NCBI GenBank assembly: GCA_947624275.1
Contig: CANQJR010000003.1
Span: 1-53,610 of the forward strand
DNA from: an uncultured Bacilli bacterium
GTDB taxonomy: Bacteria; Bacillota_I; Bacilli_A; RF39; UBA660
Length of the DNA stretch: 53,610 nucleotides
Direction of reading: 5' to 3'
Positions 39,912-49,744 of the stretch are shown here, piece after piece. A program made the translations under genes and the position numbers. Positions within the stretch are counted from its first letter, which is position 1. Every line of letters begins with the position of its first letter. Under the pieces are notes generated by a model that saw nothing but the letters and a program-made list of their open reading frames with translations, made no database searches and was not told the origin of the DNA.

Positions 39912-40553
39912 TTAATCTCTCTTTTCATCATATATGTGATCCAAGTGATCACTGACTGGTTTAAACGTTTTGCGATGCTCGGGAAGAATGCCATATTTTT
40001 CGATGGCTTCAATATGTTGTTTCGTGCCATAGCCCATATTCTTTTTAAAACCGTATTCAGGATATGCTAGATCCATTTCCATCATCATTCGATCTCTAGT
40101 AACTTTCGCAATAATACTTGCGGCCGCAATGGAAATACTCTTCAAATCGCCTTTGATGATGGAAGTAGATGGTATATCTAATCGCTCCAGTTTCATCGCA
40201 TCGATTAAGACGTGTTCGGGTCTTATTTTAGATCCATTGATGGCTTGATACATCGCCACTTTAGTAGCTTCATAAATATTGATGTCATCGATGACTTTCG
40301 CATCACACATTCCCAAACTGACGCTTACGGCATCACGCATGATGATATCATAAAAGAATTCTCTCTTTTTAGGAGTCAACTTTTTACTGTCGGTCAAACC
40401 TTCGACGAAATAGCCAACTGGTAAGATGACACAAGCCGTGACGACAGGACCGATTAGTGGTCCACGCCCCACTTCATCAACCCCCGCAATTAAAGTGATG
40501 CCCTGTTCTTCCAATTCTCTCTCATAAGAACGATTATCAATTATTTCTTTCAT
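39912..40553 (-). CDS. rnhB: Ribonuclease HII
   Basis: IAGVDEVGRGPL.GPV, DSKKL, KGD..S.SIAAASIIAKVTRD, GYGTKQH, HRKTF. Confidence 0.97.
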   Translation of the reverse strand: MKEIIDNRSYERELEEQGITLIAGVDEVGRGPLIGPVVTACVILPVGYFVEGLTDSKKLTPKKREFFYDIIMRDAVSVSLGMCDAKVIDDINIYEATKVAMYQAINGSKIRPEHVLIDAMKLERLDIPSTSIIKGDLKSISIAAASIIAKVTRDRMMMEMDLAYPEYGFKKNMGYGTKQHIEAIEKYGILPEHRKTFKPVSDHLDHIYDEKRD

Positions 40554-41661
40554 GAGGGCTATATGTCCTTCCAGCACGATTGACAAATTTTATTTGATCA
40601 GCATACTCCTCACTGACACGAACTTCGATTTGGGCATATTTTAACAATGTATAGTTATATAAGTTTTTTTCTTTTATGGAAGCAATTCCCAAATTGAATA
40701 ATTTTTCTAAATCTTTAAAATGTAAATTTAATTCTTCATCATAAGCAATTTTGACGCTTTGACCATCATCTCTAATTTTGGTGCTGACTTCATTAGTCGT
40801 GTAATGACTGACAATTATTTCCATACTGTTGTCTAAATCATCATCAATCGTCAATTTGAGGTTGGTATTTTCATCATTATTAGAGATGATATAGTTTTTA
40901 TCGGTTTGGAGTAAGTATTCATGTCTAATGGTCGATTTGTTAAAATCAGTCGTCAAGAAATCATTCTTGGTATAACTGCGCGTCTCTAAGATGATACCAA
41001 TGAAACTACCAGCGATCAAAACAGCTGAAACTCCCATGAGTATTAAATATTTTTGATATTCCCCTCGTGCTTTAGACAACAGCGTTTTGATGATAAAGAT
41101 GATGACTGTGAAGAAGAGAATCAAACCTAAGACAGTGATGAAGGGACTGATCAAATAGATGCCTTGGCGAAGATATCCGAATAAAATGCCAAGGATAAAA
41201 AGCGATGCGATATCGACGACGAACAAAGGTAATAACATCAGAGTTCCAAGTATTTTAATGATCGTTGCCACGATGGCAAAAACGCGTTTTTTAGTAGTCT
41301 TATTTTTTTGATCATTATGGAAGAAGACCAAAAAATCTTTATCCTTTTCTGCAATATCTAAGAGATGATAGATGGATGTAATGATGAATAAAAAATATGT
41401 AAAATTGACTACTACTGTCCAAATGCCACTCAAAATTCCTCGAGCCGTGGTACCAATTTGATAGATGATATCATTACCAATAACTATCATCAAATCAGCT
41501 ACTATTCCTAATAAAAAGTATATGATTAATAAAATGAGTATTTTAATTATTGATTTAGTGACTGCCGAATCGTTGTCACGTTTAATAAATTTAGCGAACT
41601 TTTCTAATAATTGATACGTGTATTCGCTACCTCTATTGAGTATTTTTTTTAAATCTTTCAT
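40537..41661 (-). CDS. Hypothetical multi-TM membrane protein with soluble C-terminal domain
   Basis: About 5 hydrophobic segments then about 145 polar residues; RBS GGAGGTG. Confidence 0.78.
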   Translation of the reverse strand: MKDLKKILNRGSEYTYQLLEKFAKFIKRDNDSAVTKSIIKILILLIIYFLLGIVADLMIVIGNDIIYQIGTTARGILSGIWTVVVNFTYFLFIITSIYHLLDIAEKDKDFLVFFHNDQKNKTTKKRVFAIVATIIKILGTLMLLPLFVVDIASLFILGILFGYLRQGIYLISPFITVLGLILFFTVIIFIIKTLLSKARGEYQKYLILMGVSAVLIAGSFIGIILETRSYTKNDFLTTDFNKSTIRHEYLLQTDKNYIISNNDENTNLKLTIDDDLDNSMEIIVSHYTTNEVSTKIRDDGQSVKIAYDEELNLHFKDLEKLFNLGIASIKEKNLYNYTLLKYAQIEVRVSEEYADQIKFVNRAGRTYSPHERNN

Positions 41662-41736
41662 ATTACACCTCCGATAATACAATTATACTAATTATTGTCA
41701 AGAATAACAAGTGAGTAATAAAAAAATATAACTCGA

Positions 41737-42600
41737 TCACATGCGATCAAAAGTTATATTTCCCAAACGATTATCTTTTAAATCTCTAATGATGACTGCA
41801 TAGACTTTATCATAGTCAATTTCGACACCTCGTAATAGCGCTCCACACTTAGTAGCTATGGAAGTCAAAGTGACATCGATGTCATCAAAATCGATTCTTT
41901 CAATGCCATAGCGCTCATGTAAATATTCTGGATATAGCGTAGACATTTTCTTTAAAATATGAATTGCCAATGCCTCTTTATCGACGATTTCTTCTTTGAT
42001 AGATGAAAGGGCCGCCAAGTTATAAGCGTGGTCTTGATTTTCTATTTTAGGCCAAAGAATTCCTGGTGAATCCAAAAGTTCGATATCCTTATTTATTCTA
42101 ATCCAACTGAGCGATTTGGTAACACCAGGGCGATCACCAATAGAGGCCGCTTTTTTACCGACTACGCGATTTATTAAAGTCGATTTACCAACATTGGGAA
42201 CACCGACGACTAAAGCTCTGATGCTGCGCGGTTTCAAACCCTTTTCTCTTCTCTTTTCATTCATATCTTTTAAAATGTCTTGACTCTTCAAAACGATCTG
42301 TTTGACGATTGTCTTATCCTTCAAAAGATCACAACATAAGACGATATGCCCTAAACTTTCATAATATTTGACTATTTTATCCGTCTCTTTTTTATCGCAC
42401 AAATCATATTTAGTCATTATTAATAGATGTGGTTTATCCTTGATCAAATTATCGATGTCAACAATCTTACTGCTGATGGGAATACGACTATCAATAACTT
42501 CATAAACGATATCTATTAAATTAATCATTTCATTTATTTCTCTTTTGGTTTTAGCCATATGGCCAGGGTACCAGTTTATATTAGCTTTATTCTCGGACAT
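41737..42600 (-). CDS. rbgA: Ribosome biogenesis GTPase RbgA (YlqF)
   Basis: INWYPGHMAK, DSRIP.SS, GVPNVGKSTLIN, PGVTK, LLDSPGILWPK. Confidence 0.97.
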   Translation of the reverse strand: MSENKANINWYPGHMAKTKREINEMINLIDIVYEVIDSRIPISSKIVDIDNLIKDKPHLLIMTKYDLCDKKETDKIVKYYESLGHIVLCCDLLKDKTIVKQIVLKSQDILKDMNEKRREKGLKPRSIRALVVGVPNVGKSTLINRVVGKKAASIGDRPGVTKSLSWIRINKDIELLDSPGILWPKIENQDHAYNLAALSSIKEEIVDKEALAIHILKKMSTLYPEYLHERYGIERIDFDDIDVTLTSIATKCGALLRGVEIDYDKVYAVIIRDLKDNRLGNITFDRM

Positions 42601-42691
42601 TTTTTCACTTCCCCACAACTTCATATCTTAAATATTTTAACATGAAAAACAAGTCGTTTTCAACGATCTATAAAATTGGAAATGATGAGAT

Positions 42692-43039
42692 CTAGAACTC
42701 TTCATCAATGACTCTTATCTCAATTCCCATAACTCCATATTTATCTTGTTCTTCTTTAGAATAATATTTTTCCATGTCTTTAGGATTGGCAATATCATTT
42801 TCATCATATCCTAACGATATCTTATCAAAATGTTTATATAGTTCTTCAAAACTGGCATATCTATGCAGCTTGACCACTTCAACGACGATTGATTCGCTCG
42901 TCACCATATTAGCAAATTCAATCAAATCATGCTCATGCAACAATTGTCTCTTTTCATCGTTTAATCGCATTTCTATGGTCTTAGTTTTAGCTTTGATATG
43001 CTTGAACGGTTCATCATTTAATCTCATATAATATTTCAT
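42692..43039 (-). CDS. ASCH domain protein
   Basis: MRL..EPF..IK..TKTIEMRLNDEKRQ....D.IEF; YYS.EEQ.KYGVMGIEI. Confidence 0.88.
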   Translation of the reverse strand: MKYYMRLNDEPFKHIKAKTKTIEMRLNDEKRQLLHEHDLIEFANMVTSESIVVEVVKLHRYASFEELYKHFDKISLGYDENDIANPKDMEKYYSKEEQDKYGVMGIEIRVIDEEF

Positions 43040-43072
43040 AACTACACTCCATAAAATCTTTAATCCATTCGA

Positions 43073-43864
43073 TCATCTAATTTTACCTTGATTAATTTCA
43101 CTAACTATCTTCAATTGTTCATTGTCAAAACGGTATTCATAATAATGTAGATTACCATTATCATTTATGCCAATAATGGGACCTTTTACATCCCAAACTT
43201 TATATGTGAATGGTTCAGCAAAATTACTTTTTAAAAATTCATATGCTTGGACATATAGAGGATCATACATATCAGACTCTTCCATATCGTCAACGCTAGA
43301 CAATTTCTCATGATTAGTCAATTTTTTTATTATTTGCCATCCCAAATAATTCTTTTCCATTTCATGAGGAACAAATCCCATGTCAAGATAAATTTTTACA
43401 GCTAAACAAGTATGAGTTTGCGTGTGTAACAAAGTTTTTTCATGACCTAATTCTCTCATCTGTTTAAGCGTTTTAGATATTAATGGTTTAGCTAAATGTC
43501 TTCCTTGATATTCTTTTTTGATAGCTACCCAATGAACATTACCCGTTATGTCATCGATGGGCTTTTCCAAATAAAAGGCCGTCGCTGTCGCAACTTTCTC
43601 CCCTTGTTCATTTTCGATAAATATACAACGATTTTTCAATTCCTCATAATGCGTACCAAAATGATCTAAGAAGGTATCCATTCCTTCATCAAAACTCAAA
43701 AATTCCCCACTAGACATCTCGATATCGACCCAATCTTTTTCATCACCATCATTGAAAAAGACAAAGCGGTATCCCGGTGGTAGTTCATATTCCACGATGT
43801 CGTCTAAATGATCATTGACCAAACAAAGATCGACATATTTTAAAGTTCTATCTATTGTCTTCAT
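43073..43864 (-). CDS. GNAT N-acetyltransferase with C-terminal extension (start 43864 or 43870)
   Basis: VHWVAIKKEYQGRHLAKPL (acetyl-CoA motif A), LHTQT...AVKIYLDMGF; the ORF-track extension inside the kinase gene was trimmed. Confidence 0.88.
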   Translation of the reverse strand: MKTIDRTLKYVDLCLVNDHLDDIVEYELPPGYRFVFFNDGDEKDWVDIEMSSGEFLSFDEGMDTFLDHFGTHYEELKNRCIFIENEQGEKVATATAFYLEKPIDDITGNVHWVAIKKEYQGRHLAKPLISKTLKQMRELGHEKTLLHTQTHTCLAVKIYLDMGFVPHEMEKNYLGWQIIKKLTNHEKLSSVDDMEESDMYDPLYVQAYEFLKSNFAEPFTYKVWDVKGPIIGINDNGNLHYYEYRFDNEQLKIVSEINQGKIR

Positions 43865-43883
43865 ATCCATTACCCATTCAAAA

Positions 43884-44459
43884 TTATTTTTTCCATTCTT
43901 TGATGATGTCGGACAAGACTTTATCACGATTATTGGAAGTGTCATAACTATTGATGCCATACTGTTTGAACTTTTCATCAAAATAGTGGTTTTGATCGAG
44001 GAAGTAGCGGACATTGCCACGCAATTCATCATCATCGCACCAATAGGTCCAGTCGTCTTCTGTATCATGTTTTTTTATGGCGTCATACAATTCTTGCTCC
44101 GTCAAATGGTTAGAAGTCAAGCCGATGATATCATATTTTGCTCTATATTTATCACTAGTTAAAAAAGGGATTATCTTCTCAAAATCTATGTGAGTTCCCT
44201 CAATCACGGTTTGGATCCCATCATAAAAAATAGTTCCTTCCGAAAGTTCAACAAAATACTTGCACAAAAATGGTGCCAAATTAGTAGCGGTTTTTAAAGC
44301 GTCACCATCGTGACAAATATTAAGTTCTGGATAGGTTTCAAGCCCACTTACTATATCGTCGATACTTATCAAATTGTAATGCAATTCCTTGGCGAATTTT
44401 TTAGCCAATGTCGTCTTACCAGTTCGAGGCGCACCTATTATCAATATATTTTTAGACAT
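43884..44459 (-). CDS. P-loop nucleotide-kinase-like (AAA_17/33-type) protein
   Basis: ILIIGAPRTGKTTLAK Walker A, ISIDD, VIEG; RBS AGGTGA. Confidence 0.82.
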   Translation of the reverse strand: MSKNILIIGAPRTGKTTLAKKFAKELHYNLISIDDIVSGLETYPELNICHDGDALKTATNLAPFLCKYFVELSEGTIFYDGIQTVIEGTHIDFEKIIPFLTSDKYRAKYDIIGLTSNHLTEQELYDAIKKHDTEDDWTYWCDDDELRGNVRYFLDQNHYFDEKFKQYGINSYDTSNNRDKVLSDIIKEWKK

Positions 44460-44504
44460 TTTTATCACCTACCGCGCAAAATGAGAGAACTAAGTAAAAA
44501 CAAT

Positions 44505-45026
44505 CTATTTTTCTTTATCCTTTTCATCCGTATTCGTTTTGATATAGCTCATGATCTTATTCTGATTTTGAATAACTTTTTCTAGTCTATCATATAACAA
44601 TTCCAAAATCAATTCACTCTTTAAATCCGTACGATAATCATTTTTATTTCTAATCGTATCCTTTTTAGCTTCTCTATTTTGACTCATCATGATGATGGGA
44701 GCTTGTAAGGCCGCTAGACATGACAATAACAAATTCAACAAGATGAAAGGATAAGGATCCGCGGCATGACTTGCCAAAACAACGCCATTCAAAACGATCC
44801 AAAAAATTAAGAAACAACTAAAACCGATGATGAAAGACCAACTACCAGCAACTGCTGATAACTTGTCAGCTACCTTATCGCCAAAAGTCATCTTTGAATC
44901 ATTTTCTTTATCGACATCAACGGTGATCGACTCATTTAATAATAGATCAATGATCTCTTCTTCATCTTTTTCTTCCAAATTTTGATTTAGTAACATCTTT
45001 ACTATTTCTCTTTTTCTCTTTTCCAT
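44505..45026 (-). CDS. DUF1003 membrane protein
   Basis: TFGDKVADK...GSWSFI, DPYPFILLNL.LS.LAALQAPIIMMSQNR. Confidence 0.92.
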   Translation of the reverse strand: MEKRKREIVKMLLNQNLEEKDEEEIIDLLLNESITVDVDKENDSKMTFGDKVADKLSAVAGSWSFIIGFSCFLIFWIVLNGVVLASHAADPYPFILLNLLLSCLAALQAPIIMMSQNREAKKDTIRNKNDYRTDLKSELILELLYDRLEKVIQNQNKIMSYIKTNTDEKDKEK

Positions 45027-45069
45027 AAATATTCTCCATCATATAAATATTTTACAATATTATTATAAC

Positions 45070-45108
45070 AAAAAAATAGTAGTTGTAAAACTTTTTCAAC
45101 TACTATTC
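45070..45108 (-). terminator. Intrinsic terminator after the TtcA-family gene
   Basis: AATAGTAGTTG-N-CAACTACTATT with a T run on the minus strand. Confidence 0.8.
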
Positions 45109-45124
45109 CTAAGGACATGAATAT

Positions 45125-45952
45125 CTATTCGTCATAATCATCTAAAAAACTCTTATAATTACCATTTCGTTTAAAACCTAAAACACAATTCAAATTGACG
45201 TTGTCCAAAGCTTTAAAAATGTTATAATCGACATCTTCGTTGATCTCGCGCAATTGCTTGATCAACTCTTTCATTTCTTTTCGCTTGCTGACGACCTCTC
45301 CACCAGTTGAAGTCTTCTCAGTAAAGCGACAAGCACAATTGAGAAATTTTAAATCATTAAAATTTTGCCAAGAAATGATATCGCGCTCTTTGACCAAATA
45401 CAATGGTCTGATCAATTCCAATCCTTCAAAGTGATCACTGTGCAATTTAGGCATCATCGTCTTGATTTCTGAACCATAAAGCATGGATAGAAGCGTCGTC
45501 TCAATGACATCATCAAAATGATGACCTAGGACAATTTTATTACACCCTAACTCTTGAGCCTTGCTATACAAATAACCACGGCGCATTCTAGCACACAAAT
45601 AACAAGCACTTTTTAAGTCAAAATGGCTGACGGAAGCAAAAATATCACTATCGAATATTTCTACTGGTACATTTAAAATGCGCGCATTTTCACATATTGC
45701 TGCGTAATTGGCATCACTATAACCAGGATTCATGACGACGTAATGCGCATTAAATCTTATTTTGCCATGTCTTTGCAATTCTTGAATACATTTAGCTAGT
45801 AAAAATGAATCTTTCCCGCCACTTATGCAGACCATTAAATTGTCATCGTCACTGATCAATTGATATTCCTGAACAGCTCTGACAAACTTGCTCCATATCT
45901 CTTTGCGAAATTTTTTAATTATACTTCTCTCTATCTCTTTATACTTTTCCAA
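45125..45952 (-). CDS. ttcA: TtcA-family tRNA 2-thiocytidine biosynthesis protein (PP-loop)
   Basis: SGGKDS, CYLCARMRRG, LGHHFDD.IET, IRPL, CAC; TTG 45952 fits RBS spacing. Confidence 0.88.
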   Translation of the reverse strand: MEKYKEIERSIIKKFRKEIWSKFVRAVQEYQLISDDDNLMVCISGGKDSFLLAKCIQELQRHGKIRFNAHYVVMNPGYSDANYAAICENARILNVPVEIFDSDIFASVSHFDLKSACYLCARMRRGYLYSKAQELGCNKIVLGHHFDDVIETTLLSMLYGSEIKTMMPKLHSDHFEGLELIRPLYLVKERDIISWQNFNDLKFLNCACRFTEKTSTGGEVVSKRKEMKELIKQLREINEDVDYNIFKALDNVNLNCVLGFKRNGNYKSFLDDYDE

Positions 45953-46056
45953 CTCACTCAATCTCCTTCAAAGGAATAAAACATCGATATTATAGCATTT
46001 TCCAGTTCAATAGTAAACAGAGATAATCCTAAATAAGAACAATTGAAATGTCTATA

Positions 46057-46395
46057 TCAATGTACGGCCTTTTCTTCATCATCACCATATATTTCTTCAA
46101 TCAGAGGAAAAGTGCTCCAAGCTTTTGGCCATCCTGAATAAAAAGCTAATTGGGTTATCACTTCCACTACTTCTTCTTTTGTTATGCCATTTTCTTTTCC
46201 CATTGTGAGATAACTCTTCAATTGGGGAAATGCTCCCGTTGCAAATAAGGCGGAAATGGTGATGAGAATCCTATCTCTAATCGCTAATTTGTCTTCTCTT
46301 GACCAAACCTCTCCATATAATACATCATCATTTAATTCGGCAAATTTAGGAGCAATATGTCCCAAATTATCTCTACCGGCAGTTTGTTTCTTCAT
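46057..46395 (-). CDS. Carboxymuconolactone decarboxylase family protein
   Basis: TAGRD.LG..APKFAELNDDVLYGEVWSR, ITQLAFYSGWPKAW. Confidence 0.9.
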   Translation of the reverse strand: MKKQTAGRDNLGHIAPKFAELNDDVLYGEVWSREDKLAIRDRILITISALFATGAFPQLKSYLTMGKENGITKEEVVEVITQLAFYSGWPKAWSTFPLIEEIYGDDEEKAVH

Positions 46396-46427
46396 AATCT
46401 TTCTCCTACTCTTAACACAATCGATAG

Positions 46428-46456
46428 ATAAAAGACCAATTAGAATTGGCCTTTCT
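46428..46456 (-). terminator. Probable terminator after the acyl-CoA ligase
   Basis: Minus strand AAAGGCCAATT-CT-AATTGGTCTTTT. Confidence 0.65.
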
Positions 46457-46464
46457 ACACAATA

Positions 46465-48222
46465 TTATTTTTTACTCTCTAATTTACGTATTTCTTCTTC
46501 CTCTAATAACTTATAATTTATTTTGTTATAAAGAGTTATTGGCAAAGAATCTCTAAACTCAAATTCTTTGGGAACAGAATAGACCGCTAATTCTTTAGAA
46601 CATAAATCTTTTAGTTCCTTTTTTAATTTATTTGATGGTTCGACACCAGCTTTTAAAACGATAAAAGCCTTGGGAACATGCATCTTATAAGGATGAGGAA
46701 TACCAACTACACAAACTTTACTGACAGAATCGTGTTTAGAAATAACTTTCTCAATCATCGATGGATAGACATTGAATCCAGAGACGACAATCATGCGTTT
46801 TAATCTTGATGTAAAGTAAACGACACCACTAGGTGATATGTAACCGATATCGCCCGTGTGAAGCCATCGCTCGCCATCCTTATGAATCTTGATGACATTA
46901 TTTGTCTCTTCTTCATTATTCAAATATCCCATCATCAAAGTTGGACCATTTACGCAGATTTCACCTTCTTCACCAAAAGGCAGTTCTTCCATCGTATCCG
47001 GATCACAAATCTTATACGTATTGCCAACCATCGGAATACCGATACTTCCCGGTTCATTAGTTCCTGGAAAAGTATATGCAGTAGCGGCCACGCTCTCCGT
47101 CATTCCATACCCTTTCAAAATGTTTACTTTGGCTCCATGTTTATGCAAGAAGTTGTTAATTCGCGTCTCGGCTTGAATGGATAGTGAATCACCACCACTG
47201 ATGATGTATTTTAGTTGTGACATGTCGACGTCATCAAATTTTTTATTTGACATCATTCCTTCCCACAACGTTGGAACTCCCAATATGACATGAGGTTTAT
47301 CATTTTTCCATATTTTGTAAAAGCGTCCAGCATCGTACTCTGGCATCAAAATCGTCTCCACTTTGAGACAAATGGGAGTATGAATACAAATTCCTAATCC
47401 AAAGCCATGAAATATGGGCAAGACGGTAACTATTTTATCTTTTGGTCGCACATCGATGACGTTAACCGCACTCTGTTGGGCAATGGCATTGAAACTATAG
47501 TTGGAAATCATGATTCCCTTTGGCGTTCCCGTCGTTCCACCACTGTGGAGGATCAAAGCTAAATCATCACTATTCATCTTAGCGTGATATTCGCGAAGAC
47601 TAGATAGACCATAACTCATAAATTTTTTCCAACTCATATAAGCAGTATCACTGAATGATGGCTTCTTAGTTCTGATACTACGCGTTAGAGTATAACCCAA
47701 ATTCAAACCGAATGGCATGCTCTCTTTAGGTGAGACGAGAATGGTCTTATACACTAAAGTATCAGCAATTGCTTCTTTCATCTTGTCATAATTGAAATCG
47801 ACTAAAAACAAAAATCGCGATTTGGATTCATTCAAATAAAATTTGACTTGTTCAGGACTGGATAATGGATGAATGATATCCGCAACAGCCCCTATTTTAT
47901 TACAAGCATAAAAGACATAAATAGCTTCAGGCATATTGGGTAGACAAATAGTTACGACATCTTTTTCTTTGACCCCAAACTCTCGCAACGCTCTAGCACA
48001 GGTATTGATATTCCTAAAAAAATCATTATAACTAATTCTATTTTCAAAGTAATTCAAAGCTATATAATCCAAATCGTTACCGACTTCGTCCACCATATAA
48101 TCATATATCGATTTTTTAGTAAATTTAATAGATCTCTCTTCGCGTGAATAATAATCCAACCATGGTTTATCAACACTTTTTTTCTTAAATAATTTAAAGA
48201 AAAAATTACTTATTTTTCCCAT
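46465..48222 (-). CDS. AMP-binding (long-chain fatty acid-CoA ligase-like) enzyme
   Basis: HSGGTTGTPKG, GYGMTE, WLHTGD, RLKRMI..SGFNVYP. Confidence 0.92.
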   Translation of the reverse strand: MGKISNFFFKLFKKKSVDKPWLDYYSREERSIKFTKKSIYDYMVDEVGNDLDYIALNYFENRISYNDFFRNINTCARALREFGVKEKDVVTICLPNMPEAIYVFYACNKIGAVADIIHPLSSPEQVKFYLNESKSRFLFLVDFNYDKMKEAIADTLVYKTILVSPKESMPFGLNLGYTLTRSIRTKKPSFSDTAYMSWKKFMSYGLSSLREYHAKMNSDDLALILHSGGTTGTPKGIMISNYSFNAIAQQSAVNVIDVRPKDKIVTVLPIFHGFGLGICIHTPICLKVETILMPEYDAGRFYKIWKNDKPHVILGVPTLWEGMMSNKKFDDVDMSQLKYIISGGDSLSIQAETRINNFLHKHGAKVNILKGYGMTESVAATAYTFPGTNEPGSIGIPMVGNTYKICDPDTMEELPFGEEGEICVNGPTLMMGYLNNEEETNNVIKIHKDGERWLHTGDIGYISPSGVVYFTSRLKRMIVVSGFNVYPSMIEKVISKHDSVSKVCVVGIPHPYKMHVPKAFIVLKAGVEPSNKLKKELKDLCSKELAVYSVPKEFEFRDSLPITLYNKINYKLLEEEEIRKLESKK

Positions 48223-48343
48223 ATTCTTCTCCTAACGTTCTATTTTAATACTACATAACATATTTTAAATCATTATTTAATATTTTACAAGATGCCCTAG
48301 AAATAATTATTTTAACTTCTATCACTATAATATGAGACTCCTT

Positions 48344-49012
48344 TTATTTTAATCGATTATATCTCATATATTTATTCATATTTCTTTTGATATGAGGGAA
48401 AGCTTCGAAAATACGATTATAGCGTTTGATATCACGCATGATGTATTTTTTAACTTCATTGCGAAACTCTTCAGTTCTATCTTGATGAATCTCTCTATTA
48501 ATGTTTTTTAACGCCAAAGCTACTCGCAATGAAAAACATATATCAATTATGAGATTTATTAAAATGATCAACGAAATGATATGAATAACTAAATTGGGTA
48601 ATTCATTTAGATATTTAAAAATAAATGGATTTATGAAATATAGAATGAGTATTCCACCGACTCCAAAATAGACTAAATTTTCTAGACAAATGCGACCATT
48701 TAATTGAAATTTTTCCTTGGAATAGTCCCACCATCTAATTTTAAACATTTTCTCTAAAAAATAACTCGTCAAATATTCCAATAGACCACATATTAATAGA
48801 CAACCAGAAAACATTAAAAAGATATTATCCGTATCTTTGATCAAAATGGTGATGATTAGAGCACCAAAACCATATATTGGACAATATGGTCCGATTAAAA
48901 AACCTCTATTGACGAACTTTTTATCTTCGATTGCACATTTAGTCGACTCGATTATCCAACCCAAAATGCTATAGATAAAAAACAGTAGTAAATAATTTTC
49001 AACGATACGCAT
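48344..49012 (-). CDS. Putative ABC transporter permease (CmpB family)
   Basis: FFIYSILGWIIE, VNRGFL.GPYCPIYGFG, LEY.TS..LE, RWWDYS, LNGRICL. Confidence 0.88.
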   Translation of the reverse strand: MRIVENYLLLFFIYSILGWIIESTKCAIEDKKFVNRGFLIGPYCPIYGFGALIITILIKDTDNIFLMFSGCLLICGLLEYLTSYFLEKMFKIRWWDYSKEKFQLNGRICLENLVYFGVGGILILYFINPFIFKYLNELPNLVIHIISLIILINLIIDICFSLRVALALKNINREIHQDRTEEFRNEVKKYIMRDIKRYNRIFEAFPHIKRNMNKYMRYNRLK

Positions 49013-49111
49013 CAATTGTCATCTCCCAATTCGGTAAATATCTATTCTATCACTAAAATATTATTCATCTAGAAAATATTATAACATAAAAAGGAATCAG
49101 AAGATTCCCAT

Positions 49112-49744
49112 TTAAAACTCTTTTTTTAATAGAAAATGTAATGATAGACGATAAGATGTATAGATGAAGACGATTCCTAATCCAATTATTATGAAAACCC
49201 AATAATTTTCTAAAGGCGATAAGACATTTAAAAACTTGGCTAAATCAACATAATTGATAAGAATACCACCGATGATAGCAATGCCAAATATAGTGACAAA
49301 AATGGCTATTCGAGCTTTCTCAATTCCCAATTTATAAATGATTGGATACATTAAAGATAGCACTATTATCGTCGCAAAAATATTTCCTAAAGTCGTCAAA
49401 AGAATATTTTCATAAGCTAAAGATGATGTTTTGCTATGAGCGATGAACAATGATAAAACAGTCGTTATCACAGCCATCAATAATATCAATAAAATCGTTA
49501 TTAAATACTTAGCTCTGACACTATTTTTTCGACCATTGGGAAAAGTTGATGCATAACTTTCCCATTTATTGAACTCATCATAACTGAAACTGGAAATCAT
49601 CACCATGACGCTCATAAAAGGCAATATGAAGGAGATGTCCATCTCATCCGTCACTCCCATCACGGCATAGACGATTATTAAAATGGCCAATAATTTAAAA
49701 TTGCTCTTGATCATGGCCAAATCTTTCATCATAAATCCACGCAT
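49112..49744 (-). CDS. ABC-2 type transporter permease
   Basis: MRGFMMKD, FSYDE..KW..Y, V.AKY, six TMs; coupled to the ATPase. Confidence 0.88.
   Translation of the reverse strand: MRGFMMKDLAMIKSNFKLLAILIIVYAVMGVTDEMDISFILPFMSVMVMISSFSYDEFNKWESYASTFPNGRKNSVRAKYLITILLILLMAVITTVLSLFIAHSKTSSLAYENILLTTLGNIFATIIVLSLMYPIIYKLGIEKARIAIFVTIFGIAIIGGILINYVDLAKFLNVLSPLENYWVFIIIGLGIVFIYTSYRLSLHFLLKKEF

Noticed and set aside
43865-44068. Long N-terminal extension of the GNAT overlapping the kinase gene
   Set aside because: Alternative-frame sequence inside the kinase CDS; the GNAT-like sequence begins at MKTIDR
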